Positions 34,539 to 42,584 of a DNA stretch of 53,561 nt are shown here, in pieces. The stretch spans positions 46,047 to 99,607 of the forward strand of contig JAXINV010000003.1 of assembly GCA_034190465.1 (NCBI GenBank). The letters run 5' to 3'. Source of the DNA: Candidatus Asbonarchaeum danakilense. Lineage in GTDB: Archaea > Nanohalarchaeota > Nanosalinia > Nanosalinales > Nanoanaerosalinaceae. Numbering within the stretch: the stretch's first letter is position 1; each line of letters begins with the position of its first letter. Position numbers and translations under genes: made by a program. The notes below the pieces were generated by a model that did no database searches, was not told the DNA's origin, and saw only the letters and a program-made list of their open reading frames with translations.

Positions 34539-35255
34539 TCACATCCGTGCATCGAACCACGACAGCGCCCGCCGCACCGCCTCGTCGTCCGCTGCATCGC
34601 CGAACCGGTGGCCCTCCCCGTCGAACATCACGTACTCCTTCTCACAGCTCAGTGCATCGAAGAAACGGCGGGACGACCCCGGATCCACCACATCATCCTC
34701 GCCGCCGTGCATGATCAGCGTCGGCACCGCGATGTCCTCCACGATCGCCTCCGTGCTGTACCCGTCAAGATCGTCCAGGAACCGGTCATCCACCCACTTC
34801 CCCGGCAGCTGCTCATACCGGCCGTCCTCCTCGATCGTGCTCCGGATATCGTCCAGCACCGACAGGAACGTCACCGGCGCCCGCAGCGCCAGCGCATCGA
34901 TCCGTTCGTCCCGTGCAGCAGCGTGCAGCGCCACCAGCCCGCCGAAACTCGAGCCGTACACCCCGACCGCTAGGTCCTCCACCTCATCCACGACCCGGCG
35001 GAGATCCGCTATCCTCGTCGACAGCGTCGCCTCGTGGAACTCGCGTGACGACTCGTTGTTCCCCCGGAAATCGAACCTGATCGCGAGGAAGCCCTCCTCC
35101 GCGGCCATCGTGGCGCGGCGCTCATAGCTGCCAGCCTTGTCCGAGCCGAACCCGTGCGCGAACACGACAGCCCGCTCCGGCGCAGCGTCAGGGCGGTGGA
35201 CCACTGCGGCGACCTCCTCCCCGTCGATCCCGAGGCAGCGTTCCTCCGTGCGCAT
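34539..35255 (-). CDS. alpha/beta hydrolase (dienelactone hydrolase / S9-like)
   Basis: VVFAHGFGS, nucleophile elbow GSSFGG, C-terminal GEGHRF. rc CTTAAAAC (35279-35286) lies 24-31 nt upstream of ATG 35255. Confidence 0.7.
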   Translation of the reverse strand: MRTEERCLGIDGEEVAAVVHRPDAAPERAVVFAHGFGSDKAGSYERRATMAAEEGFLAIRFDFRGNNESSREFHEATLSTRIADLRRVVDEVEDLAVGVYGSSFGGLVALHAAARDERIDALALRAPVTFLSVLDDIRSTIEEDGRYEQLPGKWVDDRFLDDLDGYSTEAIVEDIAVPTLIMHGGEDDVVDPGSSRRFFDALSCEKEYVMFDGEGHRFGDAADDEAVRRALSWFDARM

Positions 35256-35330
35256 GGGACCGACTTGGCCGGCCGCCGTTTTAAGCCTCACGGAGCCGGA
35301 TTTTTAAACGTGGAGCGGGAAGGTCTTCCC

Positions 35331-35702
35331 ATGCAGATCGAACGCATCGACGAGGAGGACTTCTTCAGCGGGCTCAACGAACGCATCGCAGACCTCGCCT
35401 TCGAGATCGAGGAGACCGCCAAAAAGATCAAAGAGAACCCCGACTCCTCCACCTACCACATCGACAACTTCTCCTACCCCATGAAGGTCATGCGCCAGCT
35501 CCAGCGTCTCAGGGACAAGGCACGGGCCTTCAAAGAGAACGAGGACGAAGAAGTCGTCTACATCCAGAAAGAAGCCGAAGGCGAGAAGCCCAAGTACTAC
35601 TACCTCCCCAAGAGCGACTACGACAAGAGCAAGCTCTCAGAGATCGTCAAAAAGATGGAGAAACGGGAGGACACCGAAACCGACCTCGGCTACATCAGCT
35701 GA
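35331..35702 (+). CDS. hypothetical Lys/Glu-rich protein (123 aa)
   Basis: TTTTTAAA (35301-35308) lies 23-30 nt upstream of ATG 35331. Confidence 0.5.
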   Translation: MQIERIDEEDFFSGLNERIADLAFEIEETAKKIKENPDSSTYHIDNFSYPMKVMRQLQRLRDKARAFKENEDEEVVYIQKEAEGEKPKYYYLPKSDYDKSKLSEIVKKMEKREDTETDLGYIS

Positions 35703-36411
35703 CAAGCCAGACCAGCAGCCGCGGCAGCACCAGGTAGATCGCCACCGGGACAGCGTACAGCAGCCCGTACCGGTACCGTTTCTCGTACCGCCGCAGCCAG
35801 ACCACCAGGAACGGCAGATTGAAGCACACCAGCCCCACAGCGAACAGCACACCGATATCCGGCGTCCCCGCAACCAGCCGCTCCACCGACGCCTCGACCG
35901 CCCCTTTCTCCGCCAGCGACACCGCCATCCGCCGCAGCCCGACCTGGAGCGCCCTGTCAAGCGAGAAAAACGCAGCAAACAGCGACGACCCGCCGACAGC
36001 GGCCACCACGTACCGGAGCCCGTCTCCAGACACCGCATCGAACACCAGCGCCGCCAGCACACCGGCAGCCATCGACACCGTGACAAGAACCGGGAACGGC
36101 CCCACAGCAGCACTGAAGCCGCTGTACGGCACAAGAAGATAGACAATGACCGCCGCAGGGAACAGGAAGACCACGAAAAGCAGCGAAAAGAGATCCTCCG
36201 CGGCGAACAGCCAGCCAGCGACCGCCAGGCCGAACACCGCGACAGCCGCAGAGAGCAGCCGTCCCGCCAGCACCGCCTTCAAACCGCCGAAAACCGAGAC
36301 AGCAGTGAAAGCGAACAGCGAAACGTACAGCACAGCAGCGAACAGTCGTCCGTGGCCAGTAATCCTTTCATGCAGTGTCCGCAGCCGCTCCCTCAGGTCA
36401 GAACCGTTCAT
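35695..36411 (-). CDS. polytopic membrane protein (238 aa)
   Basis: About 7 hydrophobic helices. ATG 36411 overlaps the upstream gene by 14 nt. Confidence 0.5.
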   Translation of the reverse strand: MNGSDLRERLRTLHERITGHGRLFAAVLYVSLFAFTAVSVFGGLKAVLAGRLLSAAVAVFGLAVAGWLFAAEDLFSLLFVVFLFPAAVIVYLLVPYSGFSAAVGPFPVLVTVSMAAGVLAALVFDAVSGDGLRYVVAAVGGSSLFAAFFSLDRALQVGLRRMAVSLAEKGAVEASVERLVAGTPDIGVLFAVGLVCFNLPFLVVWLRRYEKRYRYGLLYAVPVAIYLVLPRLLVWLVS

Positions 36412-36907
36412 CCAGCTTCTCCTCCCACGTCGACATGATCTCCTCCAGTTCTTCATCCTCGAACCCGGCGAACGCCAGCTTCTCATCGTGGTGGTAGACC
36501 ACATCCTCCTCCGGCAGCTGGAAGAACACATCGTACAGCCCCAGCGCGCCCGTCTTCCTAATCTGCTTGAACAGCCCTTCCAGATCCTTACGCCGGAGAT
36601 AGAACTTCACAGCCGAGCTGTACTCAACATCGTCCTCCCACGGCGTCCCATCCATCTCCGTGTAGGCGAAATCCACGTCCGCCTCCCGCAGGATCGTCTC
36701 GAAGAAATACGGCACGATTGACGCCAGCGACATCTGGAACGCCTCCGGCAGCACGCCCGACTCCAGCACCAGCCACGGGATGATCGACACCCCGTCCTCC
36801 GCGTAGGAGACATCGACCGCGGCGAACCCGTCGTGTTCCTTCCATGCCAGCTCCGGGCGTTCCTCCAGCAGCTCGAACTCGTCCTCGCCGATCACCAGGT
36901 CGGTCAT
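36398..36907 (-). CDS. hypothetical acidic protein (169 aa)
   Basis: ATGA overlap with the RNase Z stop (36904-36907). No motif recognised. Confidence 0.55.
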   Translation of the reverse strand: MTDLVIGEDEFELLEERPELAWKEHDGFAAVDVSYAEDGVSIIPWLVLESGVLPEAFQMSLASIVPYFFETILREADVDFAYTEMDGTPWEDDVEYSSAVKFYLRRKDLEGLFKQIRKTGALGLYDVFFQLPEEDVVYHHDEKLAFAGFEDEELEEIMSTWEEKLDERF

Positions 36908-37824
36908 CCTTCTCCCTCCGGCCTGTGCGGCCTGACCTCGAACTTCTGGCCTTCATCCGCCGCCTCGACGTTCCCGAAGACCTCCTGTGCCTCATCCACC
37001 AGCTTTTGCGTATCGGTATCGAACCTGCGGGAGAAATGCGTCAGCACCAGCCGCTCCACGCCAGCAGCCTTCGCCACTTCCGCCGCCTGGCGGGCAGACG
37101 TGTGACCGTACCGGCCCTCGTCCACCAGCTCCTGTGAGAACGTCGCATCGTGCACCAGCAGGTCCGCATCAGCCGCCGCCTTCACGACGGACTCAGTGTA
37201 CTCCGTATCGCCCGTGTACACGATCTTCCGGCCCGGCATCTCCTCGATCACATCGTCGGGCTCGATCGTCCTGCCGTCGACCTCCACCGTCTCACCGTCC
37301 TTCAGCCGTCCGATCTTCGGCGACGGCTCCAGCCCGAGCTCCTCCATCCGTGCGTGGGACGCCTTCCGCTTCGCATCCTCCTCGAACACGAACCCGACCG
37401 ACGGCACGCCGTGGTCCGTCGCGAACGCCCGGACCTCGTAGTCATCGTCCGCCACCCGGTCGCCCGGCTCCATATCGTCCACAAAGATCTCGTACCGGCG
37501 GTCGAAGTAGCCCAGCTCCAGCAGGCGCTGCGTGAACTCCTCAGTGCCCTCCGGCCCGTAGATATACAGCGGGCGGTCACGACCCTCCATGCCCATCGTC
37601 TGCACCAGGCCGAGCAGCCCCGAGAAATGGTCCGCGTGCCAGTGCGTGATGAACACCTTGTCGATATCCATCAGCCCCAGCCGCTGCCGCATGATCGTCT
37701 TCTGCGCGCCTTCACCGCAGTCGAACAGCATCTTCTCGCCCTGGAAGTTCAGGAAGTTCGCCGACAGATCTCTGCGGGACGTCGGCACAGCGGACGACGT
37801 TCCCAGCGTGTAAAACTCGATCAT
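36904..37824 (-). CDS. rnz: ribonuclease Z (tRNA 3' endonuclease)
   Basis: MIEFYTLGTSSAVPT...NFLNF...LFDCGEGAQ...ITHWHADHFSGL. GGAGG lies upstream of ATG 37824. Confidence 0.85.
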   Translation of the reverse strand: MIEFYTLGTSSAVPTSRRDLSANFLNFQGEKMLFDCGEGAQKTIMRQRLGLMDIDKVFITHWHADHFSGLLGLVQTMGMEGRDRPLYIYGPEGTEEFTQRLLELGYFDRRYEIFVDDMEPGDRVADDDYEVRAFATDHGVPSVGFVFEEDAKRKASHARMEELGLEPSPKIGRLKDGETVEVDGRTIEPDDVIEEMPGRKIVYTGDTEYTESVVKAAADADLLVHDATFSQELVDEGRYGHTSARQAAEVAKAAGVERLVLTHFSRRFDTDTQKLVDEAQEVFGNVEAADEGQKFEVRPHRPEGEG

Positions 37825-37855
37825 GTGCCCGTCCTGCCTCCTCTCGCGAAGCTTC

Positions 37856-38818
37856 TTAACCTTTGTCCCCGTCCGGCTCCACCACGTACAGGTGGCGCGA
37901 AAGGCTCTTATGAACGTAGATCTCGAACCGCGGCTCCAATCCCGCCACATCGTCCCTGTCGCTCATGAACACCACGCTGCCGTCCGTCACACGGCGTGCC
38001 TGCTCCACAAACACCTCTGCGATCTGTTCGCCCTCCTTCCGCGACGCCCGGCCGTACGGCAGATCCGCCACCACCGCGTCGAACGTGCGGTCGACCGAGG
38101 CTGCCAGCTCGTGGACGTCACCCTGGCCTAGCGCCGCCTCCACGCCGTACGCCGCCAGGTTCTCCTTCGCTCCTTCCACCATCTCCGGGTCGACATCCCG
38201 GCCGTGCGGCTCCAGCCCGATCAGTCCCGCCTCCAGCAGCAGCCCGCCAGTGCCACACAGCGGGTCCAGCACCGACTCGCCGCGTGACAGCCCGGCCAGG
38301 TTCACCATCGCCCGGGCCAGCTTCGGGTGCAGCGACACAGGCGACGAATACGGGCGGAGATGGCTGCGTCGTTCCTCAAAGCTCCCCGTATCGATGTCCG
38401 CCACCTGCCGGGTCACGAAGAGCCGGTCCTCTGCCGTCAATGCCCGGAACAGCACATCCGGCTGCTCCAGGTCGACCTGGTTGTCCGTCACCTCCTCGAT
38501 AAGCGCGCCCAGCTCCCCCTCCAGCTCCTCGTCCGGCTCGGCATCCAGTCCGGAGGCACGGACCGCGAACGAGCCGTTGAACGAGAGGTCCAGCTCCTCT
38601 ACCGGTCCCAGGTCATCCCGGCCGCAGACGCACAGCACCTCGCAGACCTCATGGGTCATCGCCAGCCGTGAGAAATCCGCCTGCTCCGCCTCCACAAGGA
38701 CAGCATCCTCAAACGTCTCCTCGACAGTATGGTCCGCTCCATCCGCTTCAAGGACCGTGAGGAACTCCTCGCGGGGAAGCGTCTCGTGTTCACCGGACAA
38801 CAGGGCCAGGAACCGCAT
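37856..38818 (-). CDS. THUMP-domain SAM-dependent tRNA (guanine-N2) methyltransferase (Trm-G10/Trm11/Trm14-like)
   Basis: N-terminal THUMP-like part, then VLDPLCGTGGLLLEA and VADLPYGRAS. rc GTTAAAAA lies 23-30 nt upstream of ATG 38818. Confidence 0.7.
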   Translation of the reverse strand: MRFLALLSGEHETLPREEFLTVLEADGADHTVEETFEDAVLVEAEQADFSRLAMTHEVCEVLCVCGRDDLGPVEELDLSFNGSFAVRASGLDAEPDEELEGELGALIEEVTDNQVDLEQPDVLFRALTAEDRLFVTRQVADIDTGSFEERRSHLRPYSSPVSLHPKLARAMVNLAGLSRGESVLDPLCGTGGLLLEAGLIGLEPHGRDVDPEMVEGAKENLAAYGVEAALGQGDVHELAASVDRTFDAVVADLPYGRASRKEGEQIAEVFVEQARRVTDGSVVFMSDRDDVAGLEPRFEIYVHKSLSRHLYVVEPDGDKG

Positions 38819-38840
38819 ACCCGGAACTTGCCCTGCCAGC

Positions 38841-38868
38841 TTTTTAACAGGCCGGACCTTGTTTAAAC
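38841..38868. promoter_or_regulatory. back-to-back TATA boxes in a divergent spacer
   Basis: rc CTGTTAAAAA (38841-38850) serves ATG 38818 on the minus strand. The palindrome GTTTAAAC (38861-38868) serves ATG 38890 on the plus strand. Both are 22-32 nt from their start codon. Confidence 0.45.
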
Positions 38869-38889
38869 CTGGCACGGGCACTACCCGCC

Positions 38890-39714
38890 ATGCCCGAGAA
38901 GGTCGACCTCAACGTCGTAGGACTGTTCCTCCTCAGCCACATCTACGGCATCACCGCCGGCGTCATCCTGCAGCAGTCATTCCTCGCGCAAGGCACACAG
39001 GTCGTCAACCAGCAGCCTACGTCAGGCATCACCCTGTTCCTCATGATCGGTGTCGCCACCGCGCTCATGTTCCTCCTCTACCAGTTCGAACTCACCGGCC
39101 TGATCAAAGCCTGGCACCTCTCCGCCCTGTACCTGACCGCCCTCATCTTCTTCAGCGTCTTCTTCCCCTTCCTCATCGCTGCAGGACTTGCCACCGCCAC
39201 GTTCGCCATCAAGCACTTCACAAAAGACTACTGGATCCGGAACGTCCTCGAAACCTTCTCCTACGCCGGGGCAGGAGCCCTGTTCGGCACCATGCTCGGC
39301 GTCACCCCCGCCCTCATCTTCATCGGCGTCCTCGCCCTGTACGACATCATCGCCGTCTTCCTCACCAGACACATGCTCGACCTCGTCGAAGGCGGCCTCT
39401 CAACCGGCACCTTCACAGGAATCATCTACCCCAAAGAAGGCAGTTTCGACACCATCTCCACCGATGGGGAGATCAGTGGCGACGGTGAGAACAAGATAGG
39501 TATCGTCGGGGGCGGCGACATCATCGTCCCCATGATGTTCTCCATCTCCCTCCTCAAACTGTACGGCCTCAGCGCAGCAGTCACAAGCTCAGTGTTCGCC
39601 GCCGCAGGCCTCGGGCTTCTCATCTACAAGGCAGAACAGGACACCTTCTACCCCGCCATCCCCATCGTCGGCGGCGCATCAATCATCGGCTGGCTCCTCG
39701 TCCTCGCCCTCTGA
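38890..39714 (+). CDS. presenilin/signal-peptide-peptidase-like intramembrane aspartyl protease (A22 family)
   Basis: LALYDIIAVF (YD), GIVGGGDIIVP (GxGD) and YPAIP (PAL-like), about 8-9 TM helices. Confidence 0.7.
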   Translation: MPEKVDLNVVGLFLLSHIYGITAGVILQQSFLAQGTQVVNQQPTSGITLFLMIGVATALMFLLYQFELTGLIKAWHLSALYLTALIFFSVFFPFLIAAGLATATFAIKHFTKDYWIRNVLETFSYAGAGALFGTMLGVTPALIFIGVLALYDIIAVFLTRHMLDLVEGGLSTGTFTGIIYPKEGSFDTISTDGEISGDGENKIGIVGGGDIIVPMMFSISLLKLYGLSAAVTSSVFAAAGLGLLIYKAEQDTFYPAIPIVGGASIIGWLLVLAL

Positions 39715-40002
39715 GCCGTACGGGAACCGCATCTTCTCGCCGCACTCCTCGCAGGTAATCACCTTCTGCCGGTTGTCCTCATCCAGCCGGACGCGTGCAT
39801 TGTTGCCCGGCACCAGGTAGGCGCCGCAGTCCGAGCAGAACCGCATACGGTACTTCCGCGGCAGCGACAGCGTGTACTTCATCGCGATCTTCCGCGCCAG
39901 CTCCACGTAGCGCTCCGCGCGGTCCGGATGCTCGTCGTAGACCTCCGATGCCTGCTCGAAAAGGATATCGATCCGTTCCCGCGCGATCTCCTCTTCCTCC
40001 AT
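39679..40002 (-). CDS. rnp4: RNase P protein component 4 (Rpp21/Rpr2)
   Basis: IARERIDILFEQA...RYVELARKIAMKY...RMRFCSDCGAYLVPG.NARVRL...ITCEECG. Overlaps the convergent protease gene by 36 nt. Confidence 0.75.
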   Translation of the reverse strand: MEEEEIARERIDILFEQASEVYDEHPDRAERYVELARKIAMKYTLSLPRKYRMRFCSDCGAYLVPGNNARVRLDEDNRQKVITCEECGEKMRFPYGSEGEDEEPADD

Positions 40003-40007
40003 CACGA

Positions 40008-40298
40008 TCACAGCCGGAACTTGTCCCAGAGGATGAAGCCCGCCACCAGCAGCAACGCACCCGCCAGGACCTGCACGACATAGGCTGCCATCGACAGCTT
40101 CGGCATCGCGACCACAGCAGCGGCCGCGAACAAGAAATGTGAGATCGCAAGGCCCGCGATCCCCGCCAGCAGCATCTTCCACTCCAGCGGGAACTTGTCA
40201 GGGGCAAAGAAGTCGCGGTAAAACACGAACGCAAGCACTCCTGCGCCGATCCATGCCAGTGCAACAACACCGTAGAGCACACCCTGTGTCAGCGTCAC
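40008..40298 (-). CDS. three-TM membrane protein, tandem paralog 2 (96 aa)
   Basis: GTGA start/stop overlap with paralog 1. FVFYRDFFAPDKFPLEW compares with FLFADEFFMQEPYAEW in paralog 1. Confidence 0.5.
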   Translation of the reverse strand: MTLTQGVLYGVVALAWIGAGVLAFVFYRDFFAPDKFPLEWKMLLAGIAGLAISHFLFAAAAVVAMPKLSMAAYVVQVLAGALLLVAGFILWDKFRL

Positions 40299-40579
40299 AG
40301 CAGACCACCTGCAGACCGTCGGTACGCCTCAGCGAACCCGGCAAGGGTCAAAACCGCACCAGCAAGCAGCACCGTCGGCACAACCGTCGTCAGGCCGGGC
40401 GGGACGAATGGTCGTATCGCCGTTCCGAGCGCCGTTACTGCAAACCCGAGCGCGACAGCGTACCACTCAGCGTAGGGTTCCTGCATGAAGAACTCATCTG
40501 CAAACAGGAAGAGGAAGATAGCTGCAGCTAAGAACATCACACCTGACCCAACCGAAAGCGTTACGGTGAACCAATCCAT
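40295..40579 (-). CDS. three-TM membrane protein, tandem paralog 1 (94 aa)
   Basis: Start set at ATG 40579 (MDWFTVTLSVG...). The upstream part of the track ORF is Arg/Ser-rich. Confidence 0.5.
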   Translation of the reverse strand: MDWFTVTLSVGSGVMFLAAAIFLFLFADEFFMQEPYAEWYAVALGFAVTALGTAIRPFVPPGLTTVVPTVLLAGAVLTLAGFAEAYRRSAGGLL

Positions 40580-40586
40580 GGATCGA

Positions 40587-40736
40587 TCAGAACTGGGAGG
40601 AGAACATCCGTGCGAACTCCTCCATCTCATTGGTTATCTCGTCAACGACCTCAAAGGTCAGTTCACGGACCATCTGTTCCGTCTGGGGCGACAGATGGTG
40701 CTCGACCTCGACCTTGATCGTCTGATCTTCAGGCAT
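40587..40736 (-). CDS. candidate small acidic protein (49 aa)
   Basis: Below the track threshold. Translates MPEDQTIKVEVEHHLSPQTEQMVRELTFEVVDEITNEMEEFARMFSSQF*. GGAAGTG lies 4 nt upstream. The stop is 7 nt before the next gene in the same operon. Confidence 0.4.
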   Translation of the reverse strand: MPEDQTIKVEVEHHLSPQTEQMVRELTFEVVDEITNEMEEFARMFSSQF

Positions 40737-40798
40737 CGTACACTTCCTTGCGTCGAAAACACACTTAAGGTTTTCCGCAGTCGCCCTACCGCTCCGGG

Positions 40799-41794
40799 CT
40801 ATGACTCATAACGAGCCACCACCAGATCCTTCAGCGTGATGATGAACAACGGTCCCAGGACCAGCCCCTTCACACCGAACACGATCGGCCCTGCAACCAG
40901 TCCAAGGATCATCACGAAGAACGACTCATCCAGCTGCGTCGACCCGATATACGGCAGCAACATCGCCGGAAGCACCCCCAGGAACGTCATCTGGAACACC
41001 ACCAGCCAGAACACCATCCACGGCTGGTTCTGCACAAAGTAGAACACCATCAACGGCCCCGTGAAAATGAACGAACCGATCCCCTCCAAGAACGCCGCCA
41101 GCCCGATCAACAGCCCCCACACCCAGTAGAACGGGATCGGATGACCCATCACAAACTGACCGATCAGATAGTACCCTGCCCCGCCGATGAAACCCATTAT
41201 GATCGCCATCGTCCCGTAAACGACGAAAACATTCCTGATAAGATTCGTCATGGACTTCTTGACATCCAGAAGCATCTCAGCCTCCTCTTTCGGCAGCCGC
41301 TCGATGATCGCGACTACCCTCTCATTGATCCTATCCCCCTCCCTGTACAGGTAGTAGACCACCAGGAAATACGTCACCAGCTGTAGCACCACCCAGGGCA
41401 GCGACGCCGCCACGCTGAACAGCGCCTGCCGCATGTACCCGCTCAGCGCCGAAATCGACTGCGAGATATACTGCGAGACCATCGGAAGATCATACGGTGC
41501 CAGAACCGCATTGACGTTCGTGATGAGGAGCTGGGAGAGGCGGATGACCTCCACAACGACCGTTGATACATTCGAAACCACCAGATACACCCCTGTCGTC
41601 ACCGCCAAGAACAGCCCCGACAACAGACTGAACTCCGCCACCTCCCTGTCCATGAATCGGGACATCCTGCGGACGAGGACGCGGAGCCCGTATGCCGTCA
41701 CCGCCCCGATCACGATAGCATCAGAGAGCGGCATGACGATGTACACCGACGCCGCGAGAAGCACGATACCGAGCACATTCGACCGCCGTCTCAT
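40799..41794 (-). CDS. AI-2E family transporter (PerM/UPF0118)
   Basis: 8-TM layout and family-like length and motifs (GLLIGLAAFLEGIGSFI, LVLGPL). Confidence 0.75.
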   Translation of the reverse strand: MRRRSNVLGIVLLAASVYIVMPLSDAIVIGAVTAYGLRVLVRRMSRFMDREVAEFSLLSGLFLAVTTGVYLVVSNVSTVVVEVIRLSQLLITNVNAVLAPYDLPMVSQYISQSISALSGYMRQALFSVAASLPWVVLQLVTYFLVVYYLYREGDRINERVVAIIERLPKEEAEMLLDVKKSMTNLIRNVFVVYGTMAIIMGFIGGAGYYLIGQFVMGHPIPFYWVWGLLIGLAAFLEGIGSFIFTGPLMVFYFVQNQPWMVFWLVVFQMTFLGVLPAMLLPYIGSTQLDESFFVMILGLVAGPIVFGVKGLVLGPLFIITLKDLVVARYES

Positions 41795-41877
41795 CACCTC
41801 CACCTTAGTCGTGATCGTTTATCAACATACGCAAGACTCTTAACCCAGCACCCGCCATCCATACCCGGTGACCGACG

Positions 41878-42153
41878 ATGATCGACGAGATGGACCTCGG
41901 TATGGTATCGATGCACATCCTCCACCACGGCCAGGACCAGGAACTCGACCCCGGCTGGATGGCGGACGAACTCCAGGAACACGGCTACCAGTATGACCGC
42001 GACGAAGTCGAACGCGCGATGCGGAACCTGGTCGCCAAAGGCCTCATGGAGACCGACGAAGACCAGTACTGGACCACCGATCAGGGCAGCGACTTCCTCG
42101 CCGACATGAAACAGAAAGGCAGCGAACTGCAGGCCGAAGTCCTCCAGGCATAA
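41878..42153 (+). CDS. PadR-like winged-helix transcription regulator
   Basis: MHILHHGQDQELDPGWMADELQEHGYQYDRDEVERAMRNLVAKGLME fits the PadR pattern (iL..L.....hGY.i.....l..Le..Gl). Confidence 0.6.
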   Translation: MIDEMDLGMVSMHILHHGQDQELDPGWMADELQEHGYQYDRDEVERAMRNLVAKGLMETDEDQYWTTDQGSDFLADMKQKGSELQAEVLQA

Positions 42154-42179
42154 AAATATCAGCGACCAGGAACACGGCA

Positions 42180-42584
42180 ATGCTCGGCACACTCCTGCTG
42201 CTCTTCATCGTCCTGCCTGCCACCGACCTCTTCCTCCTCATGAAACTCGCCCAGTGGCTGGGCCTCTACCAGACACTGATCATCATCGTCACCACCGGCT
42301 TCGCAGGCGCCATCCTCTACCGGACCCAGTCCTGGCTCAACATGCGGAAGATGCAGGAGACCATGGCACGCGGCCAGATGCCGGACAAAGAACTCATCGA
42401 CAGCATCCTCATCATCGCAGGCGCCATCCTGCTCGTCACCCCCGGCGTCATCACCGACGGGCTCGGCTTCCTCGTCCTGCTACCGATCACACGGCCGCTC
42501 GTCCGGAAGCTCGTCGTCGCCTGGTTCCGCCGCAAGGTCAACAGCGGCGACATCCAGGTCCAGATCGGTGGGAGCTCATTCTGA
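42180..42584 (+). CDS. FxsA family membrane protein
   Basis: LLLLFIVLPATDLFLLMKLAQWLG...LLVTPGVITDGLGFLVLLP.TR. Confidence 0.7.
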   Translation: MLGTLLLLFIVLPATDLFLLMKLAQWLGLYQTLIIIVTTGFAGAILYRTQSWLNMRKMQETMARGQMPDKELIDSILIIAGAILLVTPGVITDGLGFLVLLPITRPLVRKLVVAWFRRKVNSGDIQVQIGGSSF

